Below the pieces are notes generated by a model that ran no database searches, was not told the DNA's origin, and saw only the letters and a program-made list of their open reading frames with translations. DNA of 40,570 bases, from sequence record SRR20825006_2358; one strand, written 5' to 3'. Positions 18,160 to 28,169 of this stretch are shown here, piece after piece. Made by a program: the position numbers and the translations under genes. Within the stretch, counting starts at the first letter, position 1. Every line of letters begins with the position of its first letter.

Positions 18160-18374
18160 TGGCCGGCTTCGAACCCGAAAAAGACGTAGTGGTCACCGAC
18201 CCGGTATGCGGCATGCGCCTGACGCCCGAAAAGGCCGTCGCTCACGAGGAGCGTGAGGGCTGGGCGTATTTTTTCTGCTCGGAGGGCTGTCACAAGCTCT
18301 TTCTTACAGCGCCGGAACGATACTCCTCCTCACTGGCCTATTTCTCGCAGCCATCGGCCGGTAAGGATACGTAG
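18159..18374 (+). CDS. Stand-alone YHS domain protein
   Basis: DPVCGMRL...YFFCSEGCHKLF...PERY; coupled to the fabI stop. Confidence 0.85.
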   Translation: MAGFEPEKDVVVTDPVCGMRLTPEKAVAHEEREGWAYFFCSEGCHKLFLTAPERYSSSLAYFSQPSAGKDT

Positions 18375-18653
18375 CCGCAGACCTGTGACGTCAGACGAAG
18401 AACGGATCGTCGTAAAAGCGTGAGCGATGCGTCCCTTGCAGAGGACCTTTACGAGTATCCGGGACGCAATTTTGTAGGGTTTCGAACGACCGATCTATGG
18501 AAGATCGGCAGCCGATTTCGGGCCGAGTGCCGCTGTTCCGCCTTCGCTCTACGCCTGTTCAGGCACGGCAGGCGAGGCTCCCAAAGGGCTTCAGACGATC
18601 TCTGCCGCCTCAGTCCGCCCGCCCGGCGGCCACTGCCTGTGAATCCCCGTCAC

Positions 18654-18679
18654 TGTAACGCTGAGCGTCTCTCGTCGTC
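18654..18679 (+). promoter_or_regulatory. Putative ECF promoter TGTAAC-N16-CGTC (SHOCT-copA operon)
   Basis: TGTAAC at 18654-18659 and CGTC at 18676-18679; intergenic. Confidence 0.7.
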
Positions 18680-18812
18680 CTTATAGATGTGAGAACAGAG
18701 ATCCTGCGAACGTTTCCGCGAATACCGACAGCGGTGACGGTTTGTACGCCGAAGTCGCATTTCACATCGAAGAGATGATTGGACAGGCCATGTACCACGA
18801 AAGGAGCGTCAA

Positions 18813-19148
18813 ATGAGAAGACGATTGACGAATTTGGCCCTGGCGCTGCCCACCGCGGTGGTCTCGATGCCGGCACTTGCGCAAACCTCGGCCGATCGAT
18901 CCGACTATTGGCACTATGGCTGGGGCTGGGGACACATGATTTTTGGCTCCGTCATGATGATTGTCTTCTGGGGCGGGATCATCCTCGCGATCGTGCTCGC
19001 GGTCCGCTGGCTGGGTGGCGATTCAGGACGGGTAACCCGATCGCAATCACGAACGAACGGGCCCCTCGACATCCTTCACGAACGCTTTGCCCGCGGCGAG
19101 ATCGACAAGGAAGAGTTCGAAGAACGAAAGCGTCTGCTCTCCGACTGA
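18813..19148 (+). CDS. SHOCT domain membrane protein
   Basis: Signal peptide, [45 protein letters not shown]. Confidence 0.85.
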   Translation: MRRRLTNLALALPTAVVSMPALAQTSADRSDYWHYGWGWGHMIFGSVMMIVFWGGIILAIVLAVRWLGGDSGRVTRSQSRTNGPLDILHERFARGEIDKEEFEERKRLLSD

Positions 19149-19227
19149 AACCGTCTTCCAACAAAAGCCAGAGCCGCGGAAGACCGCACATCCATCGTCA
19201 ATCGAACCGGAAAGCCGGAACAAGCCA

Positions 19228-21588
19228 ATGAATAAGCACGATGATCACGATCACAGCCATCGCTCTGACGGTACAACAGGTTCCGTCAAGGCTATGACGG
19301 CCAGAGATCCGGTTTGCGGAATGACGGTGCAGTTGGATCAGGACAAGCCGAGCCAAGAGTACGAGGGTGAGACCTATCACTTTTGTTCTCAAAAGTGCCA
19401 CGACAAGTTCGCGGCCGACCCGGAGCATTATCTCGCCGGCGAGCACAAGGCCGAAACAGCGCCTAAGGGCACGAAATATACCTGCCCGATGCATCCCGAG
19501 ATCGTGCGGGACGAACCGGGAGAATGTCCGATCTGCGGCATGGCGCTGGAGCCTATGGGGGTTCCAGCCCCCGATGACGGACCGAATCCCGAGCTTGTTG
19601 ATTTCAAGCGCCGGTTTTGGATCGGCGCCGTGCTGACGGTTCCGCTTCTTGTGCTGACGATGGGCCCCTTTGTTGGGCTCGGTTTCGTCCGCGACATCTT
19701 CGGCGAGCGTGCGACGCTGTGGATCGAACTCGCTTTGGGGACACCGGTCATTCTCTGGGCCGGTTGGCCATTCTTCGTGCGTGGCGTCAAGTCGGTGATC
19801 AACCGCAGTCTCAACATGTTCACGCTCATCGGGATGGGCGTCGGCGCGGCCTATCTCTTCAGTGTCGTCGCCGTGCTCGTGCCGGAGATTTTCCCGGACG
19901 GATTTCGCGATGCGGAGGGCCATGTCGGGGTTTATTTCGAAGCCGGCGCCGTGATCGTCGTGCTGGTGCTGCTCGGCCAGGTGATGGAGCTTGGCGCGCG
20001 CGAGCGAACGGGCTCGGCGATTCGCGCCCTTTTGGATATGGCCGCCAAGACCGCCCGGGTGATCCGCAAGGACGGGAGCGAGGAAGAAATCCCGCTCGAG
20101 GACGTCAAGGTCGGCGATCGGCTGCGCGTCCGCCCGGGCGATAAGGTCCCCGTCGACGGCGTGGTGGTCGAGGGACGTTCGTCGATCGATGAATCGATGA
20201 TCTCTGGCGAACCGGTTCCGGTCGAGAAAGTCGAGGGCGACAAGGTCACCGGCGCCACAATCAACGGCACGGGCAGTCTCGTGATCGAAGCCGAACGCGT
20301 CGGCTCCGACACCATGCTGAGCCAGATCGTCGAGATGGTCGCGAACGCGCAGCGCAGCCGTGCCCCGATCCAGAAACTTGCCGACTCTGTGGCGGGCAAG
20401 TTCGTACCGGCCGTGATCGTCATTGCAATTCTCTCGTTCATCGCATGGTCTCTTTGGGGGCCTGCCCCGGCCCTCTCATACGGACTGGTCTCGGCAGTCG
20501 CCGTTTTGATCATCGCCTGTCCGTGCGCGCTGGGCCTGGCAACGCCGATGTCGATCATGACGGCGACGGGCCGAGGCGCGCAAGCCGGCGTGCTCATCAA
20601 GAACGCCGAGGCGCTGGAACGCTTCGCCAAGGTCGACACGCTGATCGTCGACAAGACGGGGACGCTGACCGTCGGCAAGCCGAAGCTCGTCGCGGTCTTG
20701 CCGCAACCCGGGCATGAGGAGGACGAGGTGCTGCGCTTGGCCGCAAGCCTGGAGCGGGGCTCGGAGCACCCACTCGCCGAAGCCATCGTCACCGGGGCCG
20801 AAGAACGCGATGTTGCGCTGGCTAACGCGGATGAATTCGAAGCCGTCACCGGCAAAGGGGTAAAAGGCGTCGTCGACGGCAAATCAGTGGCGCTCGGCAA
20901 CGCAAAGCTGCTCGCCGATCTGGGGCTCGACGGCGGCAAGCTCTCCGAGACCGCCAATGCTCGACGTGACGAAGGCGAAACGGTGATGTTCGTCATCGTC
21001 GGGTCCGAAATCGCCGGTCTCGTGTCGGTTGCCGATCCGGTCAAGGAGACGACGCCGGACGCGCTGAAGGCGCTGCACGAACAAGGCTTCCGCATCGTCA
21101 TGGCGACTGGCGACAACGAGCGTACCGCGAAGGCGGTGGCTGGAAAACTCGGGATCGACGAGATCCGTGCCGACGTGTTGCCCGAAGACAAGGCGCGCAT
21201 CATCAAGGATCTGCAAGACGAAGGCCGAAAGGTCGTGATGGCAGGCGATGGCGTCAACGACGCGCCTGCACTGGCCCAGGCCGATGTCGGCATCGCCATG
21301 GGCACCGGCGCCGACGTGGCGATCGAGAGCGCGGGTTTCACCTTGGTCAAGGGTGATCTCAACGGCATCGTCCGGGCCAGGAAGCTCTCGCGCGCGACGA
21401 TGCGCAACATCAAGCAGAACCTGTTCTTCGCCCTGTTCTACAACGCCGCAGGCGTGCCGGTGGCGGCAGGGGTTCTGTTCCCGTTCTTCGGGATTTTGAT
21501 CTCGCCGATATTCGCAGCCGCGGCGATGAGCCTGTCGTCCGTATCGGTAGTCGGCAACGCTCTCCGGCTGCGCTCGGTGAAGATCTAG
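19228..21588 (+). CDS. copA: Cu(I)/Ag(I)-translocating P1B-type ATPase with YHS and CPMHP domains
   Basis: [57 protein letters not shown]. Confidence 0.93.
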   Translation: MNKHDDHDHSHRSDGTTGSVKAMTARDPVCGMTVQLDQDKPSQEYEGETYHFCSQKCHDKFAADPEHYLAGEHKAETAPKGTKYTCPMHPEIVRDEPGECPICGMALEPMGVPAPDDGPNPELVDFKRRFWIGAVLTVPLLVLTMGPFVGLGFVRDIFGERATLWIELALGTPVILWAGWPFFVRGVKSVINRSLNMFTLIGMGVGAAYLFSVVAVLVPEIFPDGFRDAEGHVGVYFEAGAVIVVLVLLGQVMELGARERTGSAIRALLDMAAKTARVIRKDGSEEEIPLEDVKVGDRLRVRPGDKVPVDGVVVEGRSSIDESMISGEPVPVEKVEGDKVTGATINGTGSLVIEAERVGSDTMLSQIVEMVANAQRSRAPIQKLADSVAGKFVPAVIVIAILSFIAWSLWGPAPALSYGLVSAVAVLIIACPCALGLATPMSIMTATGRGAQAGVLIKNAEALERFAKVDTLIVDKTGTLTVGKPKLVAVLPQPGHEEDEVLRLAASLERGSEHPLAEAIVTGAEERDVALANADEFEAVTGKGVKGVVDGKSVALGNAKLLADLGLDGGKLSETANARRDEGETVMFVIVGSEIAGLVSVADPVKETTPDALKALHEQGFRIVMATGDNERTAKAVAGKLGIDEIRADVLPEDKARIIKDLQDEGRKVVMAGDGVNDAPALAQADVGIAMGTGADVAIESAGFTLVKGDLNGIVRARKLSRATMRNIKQNLFFALFYNAAGVPVAAGVLFPFFGILISPIFAAAAMSLSSVSVVGNALRLRSVKI

Positions 21589-21639
21589 AAGGGCTCATCC
21601 CGGCGCGGCAATGCGCTTTACGGAAAGGAACCACAAGCT

Positions 21640-22716
21640 ATGAACGTCATATCGTTTTCCCGGGCCGCCGCCTGGACAGGACTGATGGCCTTGGCGTTGG
21701 GAGCGCAGACGGCTCTTGCTGAACCGCTCGTGTATGTGCCTCTCGGCGGGGAGAACAAGATCGTCGCTGTCGATGCCGCGACGGACGAAATCGTCGATAC
21801 GTTGACTGGTCCGGCGGCGGTTCATGGGCTCGCCGGAACGCCCGACGGACAGTTCTTGATTGCCGGAAGCTTCGAGACGCGCGCATCAGACGGCGAAGCT
21901 GTCGCGAAGCCGGCGGGCGTTTCCGAAGACGAGCATGCCGCGCACCATGGTGCCGCCTCCCCCGATGCCAGGAACGCCGTCGCGGAAGTCAGCACGGTCT
22001 CGGTTGTTCGAACGGTCGACGGGTCCGTGGTCCGGCGCATCGACGTACCCGGCGCCGTCCATCACGTCGCGGTCAGTGACGATGGCCGGTTCGCCGTCGT
22101 CACCCATCCCAACGCCGGATCAATCAGTGCCATCGACCTCGGCTCCTATGAGGTGGTCGCGACGGTCGCCACCGGGCCCCTGCCCAATTACGCGGCCTTC
22201 GCTCCTGGCGGTGACCGTCTTTACGTCAGCAACGCCGGCAACGACACGGTCAGCGAGATCGACACGGCACGGTGGATCGTCCGGTCGAATACCGTTGTCG
22301 GCGGCAGCCCCGAACACATCGTTCTGTCCAGAGATGGCGTCACTCTCTACGTCAACAACGTCGACGACGGCACGGTCTCCGTCGTTGAGGTCGGCGACCA
22401 GACGGTTGTGAAGACGATTCGCCTCGAAACGGCCCTCCACGGGATCGACCTGTCCGATGACGGCGGCGCGCTCTTCATCGCGGTCCTTGGTGGCGACAAG
22501 GTGGTTGCCATCGATCTCGCTACCGGCGCCCAGCGCAGTGTTTCCTCGGCTCCCGCCCCGTACCACCTCGCCGTCATTCGCGGGACGGGCAAGCTCTACG
22601 TCTCCAGCGCCGACGAGCCGAAAATTTGGGTGATCGATCAGCGGGATCTCAGGATTCGCGGAGAGATCCAGATCGGCGGCAAAGGCCATCAGATGGTTCA
22701 GGGCGCGGGCGGATGA
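21640..22716 (+). CDS. Exported YncE/YVTN beta-propeller protein with His cluster
   Basis: Signal peptide, repeated propeller units (LYVSNAGNDTVSEID), EDEHAAHH. Confidence 0.82.
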   Translation: MNVISFSRAAAWTGLMALALGAQTALAEPLVYVPLGGENKIVAVDAATDEIVDTLTGPAAVHGLAGTPDGQFLIAGSFETRASDGEAVAKPAGVSEDEHAAHHGAASPDARNAVAEVSTVSVVRTVDGSVVRRIDVPGAVHHVAVSDDGRFAVVTHPNAGSISAIDLGSYEVVATVATGPLPNYAAFAPGGDRLYVSNAGNDTVSEIDTARWIVRSNTVVGGSPEHIVLSRDGVTLYVNNVDDGTVSVVEVGDQTVVKTIRLETALHGIDLSDDGGALFIAVLGGDKVVAIDLATGAQRSVSSAPAPYHLAVIRGTGKLYVSSADEPKIWVIDQRDLRIRGEIQIGGKGHQMVQGAGG

Positions 22717-22764
22717 CCTCGACCGTATTTCGGAAACGACGAGGGTCGGAAGAGGGGACGCGAC

Positions 22765-23007
22765 ATGGCGCAGCATGAAACCAGCGGCTTTCGGAGCTTC
22801 ATTTTCTCCCGTTCGGGCATGGTGTTGCTCGGATTCCTGGCAGTGGCGGGTTACTTCCTGTGGGAAGAGCATGCCGCGCATATTCTGGGCTATCTGCCGC
22901 TCCTCCTCATTCTCGGACTCTGCGTGGGCATGCATTTCTTCATGCATGGCAGCCACGGGGGCGATCACGGATCGCACCGCGACGAACCGCGGGAGGACGA
23001 CAGATGA
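22765..23007 (+). CDS. DUF2933 membrane protein
   Basis: YFLWEEHAAH...LCVGMHFFMHGSHGG. Confidence 0.8.
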   Translation: MAQHETSGFRSFIFSRSGMVLLGFLAVAGYFLWEEHAAHILGYLPLLLILGLCVGMHFFMHGSHGGDHGSHRDEPREDDR

Positions 23008-23675
23008 GCAACGAAGTTCCAGCCTACGGCCTCTGGTTCTTGGTGGTGGTCAACTCGGCGATCTTCATCCTGTTCGCCTTTAGCTTCTTTAAGCCGAAGA
23101 CTGGCCGGGACTGGCGCTCATTCGGTGCTTTCAGCGCCTTTCTGGTCGCGCTTTTCACTGAGATGTACGGCTTCCCGCTCACCATATATTTCCTATCGGG
23201 CTGGTTGCAGACCAACTACCCAAGCGTCGACTGGCTTGCCCATGATTCCGGCCATCTCCTGGAAATGCTGTTTGGCTGGAAGGCAAACCCGCACCTCGGG
23301 CCCTTCCACATTCTGAGTTTCGGCTTTATCGGCGGCGGGTTCATCCTGCTCTCCGCCGCTTGGCGCGTCCTTTACCAAGCACAACGGACGGGAACGCTCG
23401 CGACCACGGGGCCTTACGCCCGCATTCGCCATCCTCAATATGTCGGCTTCGTCCTGATTCTGGTTGGGTTCCTGTTCCAGTGGCCGACCATTCTCACACT
23501 GGCGATGTTTCCCGTTCTGCTTGTCATGTACTGGCGTCTTTCCCTGCGCGAAGAGCGGGAAGTCGAAGCCGAATTGGGTGACGTGTACCGACGCTACGCC
23601 GAGAGAGTGCCCCGGTTCATGCCCCGCCTCAAAGACATTTTCACCAGCCCGGCCGTTGAGGGGGACCGACAATGA
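23004..23675 (+). CDS. Isoprenylcysteine carboxylmethyltransferase-family membrane protein
   Basis: ALFTEMYGFPLTIY, TGPYARIRHPQY, EE...YRRY..RVPRF; typical partner of DUF2933 in copper clusters. Confidence 0.85.
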   Translation: MSNEVPAYGLWFLVVVNSAIFILFAFSFFKPKTGRDWRSFGAFSAFLVALFTEMYGFPLTIYFLSGWLQTNYPSVDWLAHDSGHLLEMLFGWKANPHLGPFHILSFGFIGGGFILLSAAWRVLYQAQRTGTLATTGPYARIRHPQYVGFVLILVGFLFQWPTILTLAMFPVLLVMYWRLSLREEREVEAELGDVYRRYAERVPRFMPRLKDIFTSPAVEGDRQ

Positions 23676-23777
23676 GCCGAATTCATTATCGGCTCCATAG
23701 ACCAGTCGGAATGACCGGTTGTCGACGGCGCCCGCACGACTCTCGACTGGATGCCAACGCATCGGAAGAGATTAGAC

Positions 23778-23992
23778 ATGAACCAAAAGAAGTATAAGCG
23801 CTCAGCCACGGACCTGCAGCGCCGTTCAAGTCCGGCCGCCATTTTTGTCATCACCGTGGTCGCTGCCGGTGCTGTCTTTGTCGGATGGAAAGCCATCGCA
23901 CCATTGTCGCGCGACACGACGACTGACGTCACCGTTCCGAGGCTCTGCCCCTCGCAAGAGCAGGCAAGGCGGCGTTCGACGCCAACTGCGCG
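23778..23992 (+). pseudogene. Truncated, frameshifted c-type cytochrome
   Basis: TM anchor ...VTVPRL, a frameshift near 23945-23950, then LARAGKAAFDANCA, cut just after the first Cys of the expected CxxCH. Confidence 0.6.
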
Positions 23993-24199
23993 CCTATGCC
24001 AACGTACCGGAGGCCCGCGCCTCGATCAGCCGGTACCTGGCGTTCTACAACGGCCGGAGACCCCAATCATCGCTTGGCGGGCAGGCCCCCGATCAGGCAT
24101 ATCTCACGACGCAGCAGCCAATCCCGGCCGCAGCCTAACCTAGGCGGACATCCACTTAGCGACAGCCCCGAAACTGTTCAGACAAGCCGAGCCACCTCT
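23986..24199 (+). mobile_element. IS3-family remnant (orfB C-terminus and right end)
   Basis: LRAYANVPEARASISRYLAFYNGRRPQSSLGGQAPDQAY...AA* (stop 24138), followed by an IS-end-like CTGTTCAGACAAGCCGAGCCACCTCT. Confidence 0.78.
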
Positions 24200-25101
24200 C
24201 GGCGTCCGTTCGCCAGCGCCTCACCAACCGCGCCCGCGAGCGCGGCGAGGACGTCGATCTCGTCTTCATCCGCTACGCCCTGGAACGGCTTCTCTATCGC
24301 CTCGGGACGTCTGGTCATTGGGACCGCTTCATCCTGAAAGGCGCCCTGCTCTTCATCCTCTGGACCGGTGAACCGTATCGCGCCACGCGCGACCTCGACC
24401 TTCTCGGCTTCGGCGAACGGGACATCGAGGCGCTGACCACGACCTTCCGGGCGCTCTGCGATACGCCCGTGGAGGAAGACGACGGCCTTGAGTTCATCAC
24501 CGAGTCCGTCCAGGTCGAGCCGATGCGGGACGAGGAAGGGCACCCCGGCGCCCGCGTGCGCCTCGAGGCACAGCTCGCCAGTGCCCGCCTATCGGTTCAG
24601 GTCGACATCGGTTTCGGCGACGCCGTGACGCCGAAGGCCGAGGAGATCGAGTCCCCGTCGCTTCTCGCGCTTCCCGCCCCGCGCATCCGCGCCTATCCAC
24701 GGGAGACGGTAGTCGCCGAAAAGTACGAGGCGATCGTCTCGCTCGGCATGCTGAACAGCCGGATGAAGGACTTCTACGATCTCTGGGTGCTGGCGTCGTC
24801 CTTCCCGTTCGATGGACAGACGCTCGCCCCGGCGGTCCGCGTCACCTTCGACCGGCGCGGCACCGCGCTGCCCGAGGTCACCCCGGTGGGGCTGAGCGAC
24901 GAGTTCGCGGGCGACCGGGGCAAGCAGCAGCAGTGGCAGGCATTCCAACGCCGGGGACGCCCGGCTCTTCCGCCACCGGCGCTCCCCGATGTGGTCGGCT
25001 CCATCAGGGAATTCCTCACGCCGCTCACGGAAGCGCTCCGCCAAGGGCAGCCGTTTGACCGGCAATGGTCGGAAGGGGGATCCCCTGGCGTCGTGACGTG
25101 A
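24199..25101 (+). pseudogene. abiEii: AbiEii type IV TA nucleotidyltransferase toxin, start removed by the IS
   Basis: Open frame from 24199: SASVRQRLTNRARERGED...RYALERLLYRL...FILKGALL...RATRDLD...AEKYEAIV...NSRMKDFYDLW. There is an in-frame TAG at 24157-24159 and no start codon until the internal GTG at 24469. Confidence 0.8.
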
Positions 25102-25362
25102 AGCGACGATCACGGTGACCGCCGGCGACGGTGGCCGACGATGCCGACATCGTCCGGAGGAGGGCAGGAAACCGAAGATCGGCCGTTGTTTCCGAGGCGT
25201 ATGGCCAATAACAGTCCTCACAAGTTTTGGTTCGTTGCTTGTTTCGTCGAGCGCACCAGCGATAGAATTCCTGCAACGGATTTCGCGTATGGGCCCTGGG
25301 CAGGCGACGGCAAGACGATCCGAAATGGAAGGCCCCATTCGCGTCGATCGGAAGGAAGACGG

Positions 25363-26088
25363 ATGCATCGCATCTTTCAGACCTTCATCGACCGCCTCGC
25401 GGAAAGCGTCGACCTCGACGACCTGCACAAGGCCATGGCCGACGCAGCGGCCGCGCTCGACCTCACCTGCTTCGCCTATCTGTCCATGCCCCACCGGCGT
25501 GGGGCGGAGGCGCTGGTGGTCTCCACCTATCCGGCCGCCTGGATCGGCCACTACGTCGAAAGCCACTACGAGCGCGTCGACCCGGTCATCCTCCAGGCGA
25601 CGCGCGGTGCCGATCCCTTCGAATGGGGGCCCGGCGCCGGGCAGTCTGAGCTCACCAAGCGGCAACAGCAGTTCTTCGACGAGGCGGCCGCCTTCGGCAT
25701 CCGCTGCGGCTTCACCATTCCGATCCACGACGGGCGTGGGCCGGTCGCCGCCGTGACCTTCGCCGCCGACGAGCGTCATCCGGCGTTCCGCCGCAGCGTC
25801 GAGGCGCACGCCACGGCCCTGCAGCTCATGGCGCTGTATTTCCACGCCCATGCCCGCCGCAAGCTTGCCGCCGACCGCGTCGTCGACGGCGCCGCGCTGT
25901 CGCCGCGCGAGTTCGAGTGCCTGGAGTGGGCGGCCCAGGGCAAGTCCGCCTGGGAAATCGGCCGCATCCTCGGGATCTCCCGCCGCACGGTGGCGTTCCA
26001 CCTCGACAACGCGAAAATGAAGCTCAACGTCCGCACGGTCTGCCAGGCCGTGGCACGCCTGTCCGCATCCAAGCCGACGTTGCACTGA
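25363..26088 (+). CDS. traR: LuxR/TraR-family AHL-responsive regulator
   Basis: STYPAAWIGHY...YERVDPV autoinducer domain; LSPREFECLEWAAQGKSAWEIGRILGIS HTH. Confidence 0.88.
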   Translation: MHRIFQTFIDRLAESVDLDDLHKAMADAAAALDLTCFAYLSMPHRRGAEALVVSTYPAAWIGHYVESHYERVDPVILQATRGADPFEWGPGAGQSELTKRQQQFFDEAAAFGIRCGFTIPIHDGRGPVAAVTFAADERHPAFRRSVEAHATALQLMALYFHAHARRKLAADRVVDGAALSPREFECLEWAAQGKSAWEIGRILGISRRTVAFHLDNAKMKLNVRTVCQAVARLSASKPTLH

Positions 26089-26103
26089 GCGGGGGCACCT
26101 CGT

Positions 26104-26127
26104 CACCCCGTGCAAGTGCACAGGGTG
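26104..26127. promoter_or_regulatory. lux/tra box-like inverted repeat upstream of the AHL synthase
   Basis: CACCCCGTGCA-AG-TGCACAGGGTG, arms 10/11 complementary, with a GTGCA...TGCAC core as in tra boxes. Confidence 0.7.
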
Positions 26128-26184
26128 TCTCGCGCCAGCTGTTCGCCTCCAATGCGCGAAAGTTCCCCTTCGCAGGAGGCGATC

Positions 26185-26817
26185 ATGATGCAACTCATCA
26201 CGTCCGACCGGTACGGCGCGTTCGCCGATGATCTCGCCGAGATGTACCGCCTACGTTACCGCGTCTTCAAGCAGCGGCTCGACTGGGACGTCGAGGTCAG
26301 CGGCGACATGGAGATCGACACCTTCGACGCGCTCCACCCCGTCTATCTCCTGCAGCGTGGCGCCGGCGGCCGCGTCCAGGGCTGCGTGCGGCTGTTGCCG
26401 ACGATTGGCCCGACCATGCTGACGGAGACCTTCGCCGCGCTGCTGGCCGGGGCGCCGGCGCCGTCGGACCCGGCCGTGTGGGAGAGCAGCCGCTTCGCGC
26501 TCGACGTCGAACGCGACGGCCCTGAAGGCGCGCATGGCGTCGCCCGGGCGACCTTCGAGCTCTTCGCGGGCATGATCGAGTTCGGGCTGTCCCGCGGCCT
26601 CTCCGACATCGTCACCGTCACCGACGTCGCCATGGAACGGATCCTGCGGCGCGCGGGCTGGCCCCTGCGGCGCATCGCGGCGCCACGGTCGTTCGCCGGC
26701 ACGCGATCGGTCGCCGGCTATCTCGAGGTCTCCCCGGCCGGCCTCGCCAACGTGCGACGGCGCGGCGACCTTACGGGCCCGGTGCTCTGGGCGCCGGTCG
26801 CGTCCGCCGCCGCGTGA
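26185..26817 (+). CDS. traI: Acyl-homoserine lactone synthase (LuxI/TraI)
   Basis: RLRYRVFKQRLDW, EIDTFD, RLLPTIGPTML, WESSRF; CAGGAGG RBS. Confidence 0.9.
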   Translation: MMQLITSDRYGAFADDLAEMYRLRYRVFKQRLDWDVEVSGDMEIDTFDALHPVYLLQRGAGGRVQGCVRLLPTIGPTMLTETFAALLAGAPAPSDPAVWESSRFALDVERDGPEGAHGVARATFELFAGMIEFGLSRGLSDIVTVTDVAMERILRRAGWPLRRIAAPRSFAGTRSVAGYLEVSPAGLANVRRRGDLTGPVLWAPVASAAA

Positions 26818-26925
26818 GCTCGGCCCGGCGCTCGGAATCAGGCACTGGGGAGGAGATCGCAGAAAACGGGGGATATCGGGGGCAGGCGACGGTCTTCTCC
26901 CGCGCTCGACGCGGAGCCTGCCGGT

Positions 26926-27745
26926 ATGGTCAAGCCGCCGAACAGCAGCCCCGGTGCGGATTGGCGCCGATGCGCGGCCTACGACTACACCGCCGCCTTG
27001 CCGCGGCGGGGGTGGGCGTGGGAGTTCCTGCGCCGCGACGCGGCCTACCGGCGCGCCTGGTCCGAGGCCTCGGCGGCCGTCGCGATCGAACGGCCCGCGC
27101 CGAACCTGACAATCATGACGGCGCGGACGGAGCTGCCCGAGCTGGCCAACTGGTGCCTGTTTTTTCGCCGATGCGCCCGAGCGGACGGCGACCGAGGCCG
27201 TCGTCTTCTGGGATTCGCGCGCGTGTCCGCACGTGCTGCCGATCCGCGCGCTTCCCGCCGCCGTGCAGGGCGATAGCGGCCGCTTCAGCTTGTCGGAGGT
27301 CCCGTGCCGGGCGGCGCTCCTCCGGATGCCCGACGGGCGGCAGCACCTTCTCTTTTCGGAATCCGGCTGCGCGCTTCAACTCGACATCCGGGGTACAAGC
27401 CTGTCCGAGCCGGTGCGCCTGCTGACCGATGCCGTTCTCCCGGCCGTGCATCTCCGCGCCCGTCTCGCTACGCTCGAAGGCCTCGCCAATATCGTTGGGC
27501 GCGGCCGATTTCCAGACTATCGAATGATCGAGCCGCGCGGGCGGCGGCTCCGCGTGGTGCTGCAGGCGCTGGACGGCTGGCTCGCCGGCGCACCCTATCG
27601 CGAGATCGCCGTGGCGCTCTTCGGCGAGGCGCGCGTCGAGGCCGACTGGCGCGATCCGCGCGACCACTTGCGCGACCAGGTGCGTCGCGCCGTCCGCCGC
27701 GGACGGGAGCTCATGCGCGGCGGATACCGCAAGCTCCTCCGCTGA
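26926..27745 (+). CDS. fseA: FseA transcriptional activator (DUF6499 plus DUF2285, msi172-msi171), made by a +1 programmed frameshift
   Basis: ORF1 has AYDY...WAWEFLRR. Slippery site TGG.TGC.CTG.TTT.TTT.CGC at 27151-27168. The +1 frame continues FADAPERTATEAVVFW...LQALDGWLAGAPYREIAVALFG...GGYRKLL. Confidence 0.82.
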
Positions 27746-27753
27746 GGCGCCGC

Positions 27754-28020
27754 TCAGGCGTCTTCGAGTAGTTGCCTGTAGCCGGATCGCGTCATCCAGT
27801 GCGCCCGCGCGAGGTGGTCTTCCCAACAGCGGCGGGCGGCGGCGTCGGTATCCGGGTCCCGTCCGAGCACCAAGCGCGAGACCTCCCGCCAGTCGGCCCC
27901 GTCCGCCTCGGCATCCAACAGCCGCAGGTAGGTCACGAAATGGGATTCGTCGTAGGGCGTGATCCGCTCCGCCCAAGGGACTTGGTCGGCGGCTTTCGGC
28001 GCCTGATTATCCGTCGGCAT
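27754..28020 (-). CDS. qseM: QseM antiactivator (stand-alone DUF2285)
   Basis: ITPYDESHFVTYLRLLDAEADGADWREV...HLARAHWMTRSGYRQLL; divergent from the XRE gene. The start could alternatively be 28041. Confidence 0.82.
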   Translation of the reverse strand: MPTDNQAPKAADQVPWAERITPYDESHFVTYLRLLDAEADGADWREVSRLVLGRDPDTDAAARRCWEDHLARAHWMTRSGYRQLLEDA

Positions 28021-28116
28021 CGTGCGGAATTCCTCTGCCATTGTTGCTGCCCGCGTCGCCGCTCGCGTCTCGGCTGTAAAGCCCGCAACAGGCTTGCAAC
28101 GCCGACATCTCGCCGA

Positions 28117-28151
28117 TTGTTGAAAATACTCCGTGGTGAAATACTCAACAA
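28117..28151. promoter_or_regulatory. Tandem QseC (C-protein-like) operators between qseM and qseC
   Basis: Outer inverted repeat TTGTTGA...TCAACAA, with ATACTC repeated 15 bp apart (28126 and 28141). Confidence 0.65.
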
Positions 28152-28169
28152 GCCGGTGCTCTCTCGTCC

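Noticed and set aside
18420-18686. 88-aa ORF between YHS and SHOCT
   Set aside because: No motif or clear RBS, and it overlaps the predicted promoter.
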